Of a stretch of 64,000 nucleotides of DNA, positions 52,301 to 64,000 are shown piece by piece. Numbering within the stretch: the stretch's first letter is position 1; the number at the start of each line of letters is the position of its first letter. The stretch spans positions 12,710,001 through 12,774,000 of the forward strand of contig OZ059899.1 in the NCBI GenBank assembly GCA_964057225.1, given 5' to 3'. The stretch comes from Auanema rhodensis (Eukaryota; Animalia; Nematoda). The notes under the pieces were generated by a model that ran no database searches, was not told the origin of the DNA, and was given only the letters and a program-made list of their open reading frames with translations. The position numbers and the translations under genes were made by a program.

Positions 52301-55116
52301 GTTATTGCTTTAATGTGTAAAACTTTCGGTGGCTTTCTCATAGTCCTGCCAGTTTTTGATAACGTGAATGCACTGAATTTGAAGTTCTTTTATTACTTTT
52401 TTGATGTGTTTTCATACCTCTTTGTAGTGCATTTGATATGGAAAAGAATTCTATGTAATAAGGGAGACCACACAAAATATATAGGAGTGTTAGATGATAT
52501 AGTGATATCCCTTGTAGCTGAAGATAGGTGTTCTAATGATATGCAAAGCATATTAGCTTCTGCCACCTAAATATACACATAGTATTGAGTAATCATAACA
52601 AAATAACTTACAAGTTTGACACCTTTAGATCTCTTTTCCTCGAATTGCTTACGACGAGCAGCTTTTCTTCTATCTTTCTCTTTCTGATTCCAAGTTCTCC
52701 ATGGCTGATCAACCCCATCATCCTTTGTTGGATAGGATACGGTTGCTTCTTTCAGTTCTTTAAGAAGCATATTTTTACCCGTTATTTGGCCAAGCTACAA
52801 AAAAATATTTTTTCAATTATAATAATTTTTTTAATAACTCACTCCTATTTTACTATTTTCGCATGAGATCACAAAATCCGTAAAACTGTTAAAGCTTTCT
52901 AACATCAATTTATCACAAATGTATACAATATAAAAAGATTCTTTCGCAACCATAAATAGAGCAGCCCTAAAAATCCGAGATGGTTAAGGAAAAGTTGGGT
53001 AAATCTATATTCATACCTCTTAGCTTTTACTTGTACAACAATTGGCTTGGAAGGTGAATCTTTAGATTTAGCACCGGAAGAAACAGCAGAGTTACTGGCC
53101 AGCAGTAATAAACTGTGGATCTGAAAACAAGTATTCAAATTGAATATACAGTATTTATGAGAATTACCTGTTTGAGAAGACGATCACTCCATTCGAGTTT
53201 GCAATCATCAACACAAATTAATAAAGAAGGAGCAGTTTCATCTTTCACATAATGTACAAGAGCAATTCCAATGTATACCTGAAATTAATCTTAACATACA
53301 ATAATCTCAATAATCTCTTACTGATTGCCCCCATTGGTGATTATCAAACACATTGGCATCTGTTTTAGTTCCTGGAGCAGAAAATGAAAGACTTTCAATA
53401 CTGAATTCGACTTCTCTTTCAGTCTGAGCATTAATAGCATAAAACAAAATAAACATGTATGAGATACCGCAGAAAAGGCAAGAAATTGAACTGATAATTT
53501 TGATTGGAAAGAATCAGCATCAACAAGTTCACAGATTAAAGAATCAAACTCAATAGAACATGCTAAAGACATTGGTTCATATGGACGACCTTGTGTCTTT
53601 GATTTCTGAAAAGAAATCAGAATATATGATAAATCTGCTCTTAAGTCATGAAATACCGATTTCAAAGATTTGAAGTCATGAAGAGTAACTTCAAAATGAT
53701 CTCTCCACCATAAAGCATCTTGTAACGACAAAGAAGCATGAACACTGTCTGAGCGAATTTCAAAAGCATGCGTTGCATTTCTACTCTGAAGCCAAAGACG
53801 TGTAAATGTGTAAGAAGAGTAGATTATATTCCACATACTTGTACAGTAAGAGATAAATGAGATGATTTGAGAACGCTCTTCATAAGTTGATCAGTTAAAG
53901 ATATTCCTTGAACTTGTGTATTAAAAACTGCGTCCTGTTGTATCAGAACCACCTCACGAATTTGCAGGCAAAGAACTCGGCTAAAGCAGTAAATTGAGCT
54001 ACTGAATATAGAAGAGAATATACCTTTGGTTACAAGCTGATGTGTATTTAATCACGCAATTATGAAAATCAATTGAAATTTCTGGAAGATTTTCGAAAGC
54101 CCGAAGTGACAACGGCGTTTTCTCAGTAGGTGTTTCATCTTCTAAAACAAGGATTGTGTATAGTGCTAATTAAAATAATAGACAAACCAGTGAGAATACT
54201 TTCCATATGTTCTTTTAATAATTCGAAAATGCCTTAAATTTAGGATTACAGTAGAATACCTATATGAAACAAAACCTGAAGAGATATTGATGGAAGGATC
54301 TGCTATCTTGAGTCCCACACGGGTTACATTGAAACCGCTGACGTCAATAGAAAGATGAAATGGCAATGCAAAATCAGCTAAAGCTCTTCCGATGACACCT
54401 TTTCTTCGCAAAGCTTTTCCTTGCATAAGACGACAAGAAACTTCCAACTGCCATCTAATTATTAAATAATTGCAGGAGATTCTTTATAGTACCATACCCT
54501 TCTCTGCTCCGGAACGTTTCAATCGAAAGTTCATAGATTGTGATATGTATCATACAATGAGGAACAGCTTCTAATACTACAAGATGAACGCTGTTCACAG
54601 CCAAACCACAATACTAAAATTGGACTCAACAGTAGATGAATCAGTTCAAATAACATCATACTTGCACAACTTGTTTTAATCGTGATAAGAACCGTGAAGA
54701 GCTGCCTGACGAGTTAGAAAGCTTGTGTCCGGAAATATTGTGATTAGCAAACACAATAGGCTCAGTTTCAATTCGAACATCACCCAATGATATAAGAAAC
54801 GGTTTACTGTAATCAAAAACGCTTAAGCTATATAGTATAAACAATGATAAAACCTGAACTGTTGTGAAAATAAGTGCAATGATAATGAATCTACATGTAC
54901 GGTTATACCCCCCGAAAGTTTAACCCGAACATCAAACAAGGACAGCCACCGTACTCCGCCAACATTAATTGGAACTCGTAGAAATAAAGTGAGGAATGTT
55001 GAAAGAATTAATCCAATATATCTGATACAATACATGTACTCACAGCTCAATGTCTTATCTTACCTCCAAATTAAAGAAAACAATAGTATTAGAATAGTAA
55101 ACACAATAACAACCAT
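46363..55116 (-). CDS. BLTP2: Bridge-like lipid transfer protein 2 (KIAA0100/hobbit/Fmp27 family), multi-exon
   Basis: N-terminal [20 protein letters not shown]; [19 protein letters not shown]; [10 protein letters not shown]; [12 protein letters not shown]; [15 protein letters not shown]...[10 protein letters not shown]; [28 protein letters not shown]; WTWLDL. Ends ...IEKKKKR* at 46363. Confidence 0.92.
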
Positions 55117-55534
55117 TTCAATGCTCCGGGTTCATCTGAAGTGAAAATCATTTGTAGAATCGATTTTTGCATTATGTCTACTATGTTATGATATATAGAT
55201 AATGGTATTACCAATTGAATTGAATATCTATTTTAACTATTGGAGAAACAAAAAAAACTGTTTATTCTTCGTGCCTGTACAAAACACAGCTTTAAAAGCT
55301 AGTCTGAGTCCACCCATTAGAGATCACAGCATGGACGAATCACCAAAAATTCTCAAATTATAAAGACAATGGAATTAAAGATTTGAGCACTGGAATATCA
55401 AATATGTATCAAAATGACTAGAATGTTGGAAAGACAGCCCTCGACATAGGGAATGTCAAATGTAGTAAGTACGAAGAGGCAAGTGAATTAATGAAATGAT
55501 ATACATATGGCAGTAGTAAAAAATATTAAAATTA

Positions 55535-56812
55535 TCACATATCACCAAAAACTAACATGAAAGAAATAACTATAAAAACTCCCAAGTAAATAAAGACTAG
55601 TTTTGCAAATCGCTTGCCTGGCTTCTTGATTTCATGAGGAAGCACTTCGAATGTAGTAATATATAAAAACGTTCCACAAGCAATGCCTAGAAAGGGAAAT
55701 TTGAGATGAGCAGCTGGGCGTTATGAAAACAAACCTTGCAGAATACAGGCTACAAAACCAGCTGTAGACCTTTTACCTCCAGAAATTAAGGCCATAATTG
55801 ACATACCTCCTAATCCTCCAATTAATACCTAGAATAGATTATATTATTGATTAATTGTAGAATAAAGAAATAGTTACTTGAATGCTGAAACACAAGGCGC
55901 AAAGAGCAACCCATGGAGTTCGCATTCCATTTTCTACTAATCGTGCGCCTAAGCTAAATCCGATAACGGTTTTATGAATAATTAAAGCTGCAAAAACCTA
56001 AAACAAATGCCTAAACTATTTTCGATACGACTCAATAACTCACTTCTAATAATTTTGATGCATCAGTAATAACAGCTAAAGAAAGACCTTCAAATAATGC
56101 GTGTAAAGATAAAGCAAATACCTAAAAATCAAGTTTGAAAACCGTAAAAGAAAAACAATAGATGTTACCAATAATACTGAACCTAGCATAGTCTCTTCCT
56201 CGGGTTCATGACTATGAGCTTCTTGAATGATACTCATTTCCTCATCCCCGTGATCATGTAAATGCATATGATTACCAAGCCAACCATTTTCTTGAGCAAT
56301 TATAACCAACTTGAAAATAACTTATAGAAATATTTACAAAATAGGTGGAAATACCTGCTCAACAGTTAAAACCATTAGAAGTCCACCAACAATAGCAGCC
56401 TCTGCTATAGGAAACTCCATTTCTATCCCAGCCTTTTCGAAAGACTCTAGCCCTTCTGAAGAAAGACGTCGAACATGTTGAATATGTTATTCATACCCGG
56501 CAGCAAATCTAGCAGACATGTAGCTAAAAAAACTCCGCCTCCTACACAAGAGATATATGATGTGATATGGCCATTTGCCCAATTACCACGGAGAATAGTT
56601 GCGCCCTGAAGAAACAGAATTGTGAACTTGTACTTTAAAAGCTGTAAAATTGTCAGGTATACACTCACTAAGCATGCGAAGAACGTTAATGCAAATAAGA
56701 CCATAAGAAGCAATGCCCGTAAGGAATCTGTAGCCGGATTTCCATCGCCATGCACAGCGGAAAATTGTCCCTGAGGATATAAAGCATCCAGCCACATATA
56801 ACGGTCTACCAT
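55535..56812 (-). CDS. ZIP (SLC39, ZIP1/2/3-like) zinc transporter
   Basis: CVGGGVFLATCLLDLLP; His-rich loop NHMHLHDHGD; TM4 ALSLHALFEGL; TM5 IIHKTVIGFSLG; GIACGTFLYITTFEVLP. Possibly the zipt-1 orthologue (not verified). Confidence 0.92.
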
Positions 56813-57229
56813 TTTGATCTAAAGCCAAAAATAACTAAGCAAAAGAAATATTGATTAATTCATACATTTTGAAAATAACTTTAATACATTAAAAATTGAA
56901 GTCTCTTCAAAAACTTCCTAAAAATTTGCATAAGGACGGAAAAATTAATTGAAAGTATGCACAGGATTTGTACCAATAAACCCTATATAATAAATCAATA
57001 TATGTTTATTGTTAAACTGCATTGTTGTATAGTAGTAAAATGAAATGTCAAAAGCAATAACTTTTACAAGTTTATACTATTATGAACCCATGTGCTTATC
57101 TGACCGGCGATATTTAGTAATGCTAGGATGAGAACCATAAAATAAACAATTTGTGAAAGGTCTTCGTTCATTAAACCGGACAGTAAATAAATTAAATACA
57201 ACATTGTACGCATATAATACCAAAAAAAA

Positions 57230-58356
57230 TTATTCATCTCTTGGGTCATAAGCGATATCGCGACCAAGTTCATCAGCAAACTCATACCAGAGCTTACTAA
57301 CATCCATAGGTGGCATGCGGATCTTCTCGTCAGGAGTAATATGTACCACTGAAAAAGCATGTGATTATAACATTGATTAAAAGATGAAAACATACTGTTG
57401 CAGACACCTCCGGAGCCGGAATCACGATAGGTGGCGTGCATAATGGCACGACGTCCGAGCATTCTAGCTTCTTCGTCAGTCATCTATTAACAAACAAATA
57501 AATAAAATTATATAAATAACAAGAATACCTTTGCTTTGTAGTGAGTATCGAGAATACCGTAAGCATTGAGAGATCCAGAACCAACAGAGCAAACACGAAG
57601 AGAGCAGCGATCTCCATCACTGTCAACCTTGAAAATTTGAGGGCCTTTCTTATCGTATCCAGCAACCATGGATCCCTGAGAGAAAAATTTGAACAACAAT
57701 CGCGGAAAAAACAAACATACGACAGACAATCCCATTCCTTTGTATGGATATAATACATTGGCGAAGTACTTACTAGCTGCACTGACAGTGATTGGGGTCT
57801 TTTCACGAAGCTCATACAAGCTAAATGGAAATTTTGAAATATATGAAAAATTATCATATAACATACTTGCAGTATTTGGCAACAGTTCTGGTCCAGAACT
57901 GACAATCGGCAGCTCCTCCAGCCATGGTGGCAACCATGCGATCTCCGATGTCCAAAATTTTCATAACGGATTTGGAAGCTAGAATGCATATTCAAAAAGC
58001 AGAACATAAGTGGGCGAAATTACAGATGTATTCTCCGGCAGAGGCTCTAGAATCTACAGCGATAATGATTCCTCCCTTATCATTTGGGGTAGCAGGCTCA
58101 TAAATGAAGGATAAGCATGTAGTACCCTTGCGGAATTGGAGGTTCTTGGCGTTCTTACCGAAATGGTTTGTAACAAACTCTTTGGCCTAAGGAAAATAAT
58201 AAATAAAATACGAAAACATACTAGACTTACGGGAATTCCAAGTGGTGGTTGAGGGAAGGCAAACTGACTGTGAATAGGCTCTTTCATGAACTCTTGCTTG
58301 TGAACATTAAGTTCAGAGTTATCCTCATTCAAATCATCAAATCCACAATTCCACAT
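57230..58356 (-). CDS. pbs-5: 20S proteasome subunit beta-5
   Basis: Propeptide followed by FRKG|TTCLSF (catalytic Thr1), AVDSRASAG, TMAGGAADCQFW, SVGSGSLNAYGILD, HATYRDSGSGG. Confidence 0.96.
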
Positions 58357-58605
58357 AATTGTAACTGAATCATAAATTATGTGAAATAATGGAAAAATAA
58401 ATGAGCAAGTAAAAAAGGTTCGTTTAACCATAATATCAAAAGAGACAATGAACAAAAGCACTTTTAGTGAATGTAACAAGAAACAAGAATTTGGCATAAA
58501 ACAGAATACATAAATACTGTATGAAGGCAACATAGATAAAAAACCTTCTCAACAAATCTTCCTATAATATCACATGATAGACTATTTTTCACAATCGGAA
58601 AAAAA

Positions 58606-59356
58606 TTAATCTCTCTTGACTGGGGTCCAAGCAGATGCAAGATGGTATGAGAAATACATACAGAATCCATGAATTTGGAGAGCAATAGCAAAGAAAATAT
58701 ACCAAATGATAACCATTGGGAATGTACCCTAAAAAATATATATCATTTTAAATTTTGATCTTTAATAGCTTACTCTGAAAGTTGGAGTGTTGCTTCCCTC
58801 CATGTCATTAACGTATTCCATGAGTTCAGGTAACTGTCCACCTAATCCTATCATACATGGAACAATACCGAAGAAAAATTGACAATAGTAATGATAATTG
58901 ATCAATTTAACCTGAAAGAAGTAAGTTTTTTTTTCACGAATTCGTAGAGTGAAAGAACTAACGGTATTTCTTGAGAAAGATTTCAAGGCAATCAGAATAG
59001 GAATAAATGAGAGACACCAAACGTACTCCCATGGATAAGCGGAAGGCATATCAAGTCTCTCAAAGAAAGTGCTTTTCCAACCGAAATCCTTTCTTAGAAT
59101 TTCACTACCGACCTAAAAGTATGGTATAGGAAATGTTGCAAACAGTTAGTTACCTTAGCCCACATGAAGACAAGGATGAAGAAATGAGGTACAAAGAACC
59201 ATTTCAAAACGGATTTGAATTGAGCACTAAATTCACACCAATTGAAAGTATTAGGGAAAAACTTACAAACCTTTCTTGATAATGAGCAGCAACTCGTTGA
59301 CGATGCTGATAGTCAGTACCATCAGTACCAGCAGCTCTAACACCCTTGGAAGACAT
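58606..59356 (-). CDS. jagn-1: Jagunal homologue (ER membrane protein)
   Basis: [29 protein letters not shown] is the jagunal N-terminal signature. Also YPWEYVW and IALQIHG. Ends ...AWTPVKRD*. Confidence 0.93.
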
Positions 59357-59507
59357 TACCTAAAGTAACTGATAAATTTGAGTTAAACAATAAATATTGG
59401 AATAACTGAAGAAAAAATCCAAAAGAAAGAAAATTGAAGAACGTATCAGCATTTGAATGCACTCAGTAATATGTCATCTCTTTCAGTAAAGGTCTAAACG
59501 CTATGAG

Positions 59508-59524
59508 CAATGGAGCGCGATTCA
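59508..59524. promoter_or_regulatory. Candidate promoter motif (CAATGGAGCGCGATTCA) at the head of the probable operon
   Basis: GC-rich motif ~150 bp upstream of the jagn-1 ATG. It resembles the TRGAGCGCRNTTGCA-type motif I recall from Caenorhabditis promoters. Confidence 0.35.
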
Positions 59525-60238
59525 ATCAAAGGTCAGAACGTAATCTTTGGGTAGAAAAATCGTGATACCACATTATGTTCTTTGGATCATGATGAACGAT
59601 TATGCATATAGTTGTCAAAGAAGGTCATGTTTAGTCGAATATTATATGTATAATACGAATTACTTATTTGACTTTAATCCTGACCTTATTATGTATGAGT
59701 ACTATACTAATGAGCTGGACGTGCTAGCAAATAAATTATTTGAATCGGAAAATGTATTATAACATTCAAGTTTTAGAATAGTATTACATAGGATAAAGAT
59801 ATTAAAGAAAAAAAAGTGAAATTATTTGAATTTATTCTGGATTTCTAGATTTCATTTTATAGAAAGTGAATCCAGAGATCGGTTGTTGTGTCTGTGCTTT
59901 CTTTTTTATTATTTTGTGACAATGAAATTTTTCACGAACTTTACATATCTTGAAATAACTTATGAGATGCGAAGACAATGAACAAGCGAGGTACACATTT
60001 CTATTTAAAATAACACAACAGTAATTTTTGTAATGCATAAGTAGTAAACTAGTTCTATTATATTTCATTATTCGCACCTCATGTTTGATCTTGTATTGCA
60101 ACAACTGGATAAATGCTTTCTTTTCCTAAATTGACTTATCTGGACTGGTTAAGCCATTTCCGTAAGGGAAACCATATAAAAGAATTACTAGCACTTGTTC
60201 CTGCCACTGTTGGTTTCTGGCAACGAAAGAAAAAGCCT

Positions 60239-61767
60239 ATGTCTCGATCACGCGAGATAATTTTTCTAGGATCTAGCTCAACTGTTGTTTTAATTATTTT
60301 TTCTTTAAATATTACCACTTTTATCTCTCTAATATTTGAAATTATGAATATGGAATCAAATTTCACTGATGAATTGATTCAATTCCAGGTAAAATGTTCT
60401 TTTTAATTGGTTTACGCTGTTTTGAATTCTTCAGAATTATTCTGATAAAGCTTGGCAGATCATGACTACAAGTCAAACTAATGCTGTTTCACGAAATCAG
60501 TTTGAAGTTGGCTATTTAGCATAGATATTTATTTAGTATTCCTAAATTTTTAAGATATTACGTAAAAAAAGAAATAGTTACGGTTATCCAAGTGGTGGTG
60601 GAGGTGGAAGCTCTTGCGGTTATCCCGGACCTCCGGGACCTTCTGGTATTCCGGGATTACCGGGAGGTTATTTAGATGTTATTGAGCTCACAGACTAATA
60701 TCGTATGGTTTTAGAGCCAGGAACAACTGGAACTCCTGGACAGCCGGGTATACCAGGATTGGATCAGTATAATAGCCCGCTAGAATGTATTGTATGTCCT
60801 ATGGGCCCTCCGGGAGTTCCAGGACGAATGGGATCGATAGGTTTGCAGGGGCCTCCAGGTTTACCAGGGCAAGATAATTTGTACGTGTATGTGGGCGCTC
60901 CTGGATTGCCTGGGCCACCAGGAGATCCTGGAACATGTGGTAGATTAACTATTTTTTTTATTAGTATATCTCTCTCTTTTTATCAAGGTACACCTGGAGA
61001 ACCAGGAATAGATGGTAAACCTGGTTTATCAGTTTACCGCCCGCACAATTATGTTGGTCCACCAGGCCCTCAAGGTCTTCCTGGATATTGTGGAGAGCCT
61101 GGTACTCCTGGGTACACCCCAGTAAGCCCACCTGGAATAATGGGTCAACCTGGAGAACCGGGTACCAATGGATGTCCTGGACGACCCGGACACCCAGGAA
61201 CTGTAAGTTATTTTCTAGACCAAAATGCTAATGCATAAGTACAAATTGCAGCCTGGACAGCCTGGATTACCTGGTAAGGATGCAGAATATTGTAGTTGTC
61301 CTAAAAGAACTGACAGCTATTCTACTGACTACAGTAATAAGAATAATCTCGTTGTTGGGGTTTGCGTTTTTTTTGTATTTTGAATAAGAAAATTGTTTTT
61401 ACAGGATCCCATAAATTATAGAGTCACTCCTGCTCCACCTCCACCTCCTCCACCTCCACATATCTCACCAAATGTCGGACAACCACCACCAATATCGGGA
61501 GGATCAGTTTATACTCAACCACCCCCGGAATACAGCACATATTCGAAATATCGTTCGATCCCCCCGTTATTGATAACAACAGATAACTATAAACCAACAA
61601 AATCTTATCCTCAATATATACTACGAACTCGAAGGCCGATGTATCGCTTCGCGCCACCTGGAAAATATACTGCTATGACACCATCACAATATTTTGGAAG
61701 GCCTACTGCATCGTATGCAGCTGAAATTCCTCCTCACTTTAAGTCTTACTATACAGGTGCTCGGTAA
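60239..61767 (+). CDS. Nematode cuticle collagen with Pro/Tyr-rich C-terminal extension
   Basis: N-terminal TM and Col_cuticle_N region (FQ|NYSDKAWQIM), furin site RKKR, Gly-X-Y blocks with CIVCP, GKDAEYCSCPKR, then a ~140-aa non-collagenous tail. Confidence 0.9.
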
Positions 61768-61966
61768 GTGCTCGTTAACTTTTTATTTTATCATTCGACT
61801 CGTCTCAGATATGGAGATAAGCCATTTGCATCATATTCATTGAAGATCTTATAAGAATATTCGTCTATACATGGTACACATCGTGAATGAATTAGTTTAT
61901 TTCTGATTGCTAGAGTTCTATAACCGTAGTTCACTTTTCCATGAAATGTGATTTGAATATCGTCGT

Positions 61967-63834
61967 CTAGAATCTAACTCCACGGTTACGGAATCTTCCT
62001 GAAAATACAATTGTTTCAATTATTTTAATGAATGTTGCATATTTGCTACGTATATCAATATGGAAAAAAAGCTTACCAGATGCGTATCCTCCAGATGGGG
62101 GTGGAGCTCCAGCGCTATATCCTCCAGATGGGGCTGGTGGTGGGGCACCGGCTGCGGCTCCGGCGTTATATCCTCCTGATGGGGCTGGTGGTGGGGCACC
62201 GGCTCCGGCGCTATATCCTCCTGATGGGGCTGGTGGTGGGGCACCGGCTCCGGCGCTATATCCTCCTGATGGGGCTGGTGGTGGGGCACCGGCTCCGGCG
62301 CTGTATCCTCCTGAAGGTGCTGGTGGTGGGGCACCGGCTCCGGCGCTGTATCCACCTGATGGGGCTGGTGGTGGGGCTGCTGCTTCAGCTCCGGCGCTGT
62401 ATCCTCCTGATGGGGCTGGTGGTGGGGCACCGGCTCCGGCGCTGTATCCTCCAGATGGGGCTGGAGCTGGTGCTGGAGCTGGAGCTGGGGCTGGAGCTGG
62501 GGCTGGAGCTGGGGCTGGTGCGGCGGCTCCAGCGTTGTATCCTCCGGCTGAGGCACCGGCATCTGCGCCAGCACTGGCTCCGGCGCTGTATCCTCCTGAT
62601 GGTGCTGGTGGTGGGGCACCGGCTCCGGCGCTGTATCCTCCAGATGGGGCTGGAGCTGGTGCTGGAGCTGGGGCTGGAGCTGGGGCTGGAGCTGGAGCTG
62701 GTGCGGCGGCTCCAGCGTTGTATCCTCCGGCTGAGGCATCGGCACCGGCACCGGCAGCTGAACCAGAATCATATCCTCCTTGAGCTCCTCCTCCCTCAGC
62801 GAGAGCGGTACGTGGTGGGCATGGGCAATAAGCGGCATCTGATCCTGGGGATCCATCAGCTCCATCATCTCCTGCGGATCCAGGTCCTCCAGCTGGTCCG
62901 TCATTTCCTGGTGGTCCTGGTGGTCCTGGTGGTCCTGGTGGTGGTGGTCCGGCACTGTATCCTGCTCCATCTGGTCCAGCTTCTCCTGGTGGTCCTGGAG
63001 GTCCGGCTGGTCCTGGTTGACTTGTTGATTTTGTTCCTGGGGCTCCAGCCTCTCCGTCAGATCCTGGTGCTCCTGGATTTCCATCTGGTCCTGGTGGTCC
63101 TGGTGGTCCTGATGGTCCTGGTTCTCCAGGTCCTCCGCTTCCGTCTTGTCCTGGATTTCCGTCTGGGCCTGGGTTTCCAGCAGGTCCGTCTGGTCCTGGT
63201 GGTCCTGGTGGTCCTTGAGGACACTTAACACATTCGGAAGAGGTAGAGTCTTTCTCTACTGGAGTTCCGACTTGGCCATCTTGTCCTGGTTGTCCTGGCT
63301 CTCCTGCTTCTCCATCTTCTCCGGCTTCTCCTGGTGGTCCAGGTGGTCCAGCTGGGCAACCAGAGGCAGCTGGAGCGCAAGCGCATTGTCCTCCAGCTCC
63401 TCCAGCAGCTCCTCCGCCACCGCCTTGGGCATAACCTCCAGCACCTCCAGCAGCACCTCCGGCGTTGTAGCCCTGACGACGGCTACGGACGAAGACGCTG
63501 TAAACCCTTTGGGTGTTGCCGTGAGGCTGAGTCAGCATTACATTCCATGCATCATCGGCGTATTCCTTAAAAATACAAAACTTTAATAAGCAGTAAGAAA
63601 TGAATTGTAACCTTGAATTCCTTAAGATCATGATCGACTTTTCTTTCGAATTCATCAATTTCATCAAAAAGATCATACATAGTATAAAAACAAACTCCTA
63701 ACATCATGGAGCACATGATAAATGAGCCCAAAACTCCATAATATTGTACGGTGCGCCACTGGAAAAAGAGAATTATTTAAAAATAATAGCCAACAGATAA
63801 ATTTCTTTATTTTGTTGGTTTGTTAACTTACCAT
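61967..63834 (-). CDS. Nematode cuticle collagen with long Gly/Ala/Pro/Tyr repeat tail; first coding exon is ATG only
   Basis: ATG|gtaagt at 63834; exon 2 WRTVQYYG...DLKEFK; [10 protein letters not shown]; RSRR; CAC...GCPAGPPG; CVKCPQ; [10 protein letters not shown]; last intron 61999-62076; ends ...[10 protein letters not shown]. Confidence 0.94.
62084..62760 (-). repeat. Coding minisatellite: 42-bp unit ([15 protein letters not shown]-like) plus (AP)n runs and a larger internal duplication
   Basis: Repeated GGGGCTGGTGGTGGGGCACCGGCTCCGGCGCT(G/A)TATCCTCCTGAT units on the + strand. Confidence 0.93.
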
Positions 63835-63902
63835 GTCTTTCTGTGCCAAGTAAAGAAGAAGAAAGAACTGGGCGAAGATAGTATGCCATCAGATCCATCA
63901 GC

Positions 63903-63909
63903 TTATATA
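63903..63909 (-). promoter_or_regulatory. TATA box of the minus-strand collagen
   Basis: TATATAA on the minus strand ~70 bp upstream of the ATG. Confidence 0.55.
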
Positions 63910-64000
63910 GTCAGCCTAGCTAAGCTATCATGTAGCAAAGCTAACTGGTTCACAATCACAGAATAAACACTAAATCTTTTCAATTACCAGTTTTACAGTT

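Noticed and set aside
55290-55360. Sm-site-like AATTTTTGG plus hairpin on the minus strand (SmY-like)
   Set aside because: It lies in a 3'UTR/intercistronic region with no convincing 5' hairpin or snRNA promoter.
62020-63586. Long overlapping ORFs in other frames and on the opposite strand (403, 398, 251, 146 aa)
   Set aside because: These are shadow ORFs of GC-rich, stop-poor collagen and repeat codons.

Overview
This is AT-rich eukaryotic DNA from a rhabditid-type nematode, inferred from cuticle collagens, trans-splice-type acceptors, an X-box and very many ~45-60 nt introns. The ORF track shows only exon fragments, so I spliced the genes by eye. Left to right: the 3' part of cln-3/battenin (+); a 77-aa divergent EMRE-like gene (+); cathepsin Z cpz-1 (-); a ~17 kb non-coding interval rich in (GA)n tracts and CACGTG/TCACGTGA E-boxes; a gamma-butyrobetaine-dioxygenase-like gene that has lost all Fe and Zn ligands (+); and the IFT dynein heavy chain che-3 (+). 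che-3 has ~100 introns, an X-box promoter, two antisense intronic tRNAs and a Tc1-derived MITE. It is followed by a tightly packed probable operon jagn-1 > pbs-5 > ZIP transporter > BLTP2/hobbit (-) and two convergent cuticle collagens with long Pro/Tyr-rich tails. The most notable signals are: (1) an intact pseudo-dioxygenase behind an E-box-rich region shared with a lysosomal gene; (2) frequent AAG/GAG splice acceptors co-occurring with a strongly enriched intronic TAACTATA motif; (3) a 24-nt catalytic micro-exon in cpz-1 whose skipping creates a stop codon; (4) a collagen with a resilin/extensin-like repeat tail. All counts were made by eye and need computational confirmation.
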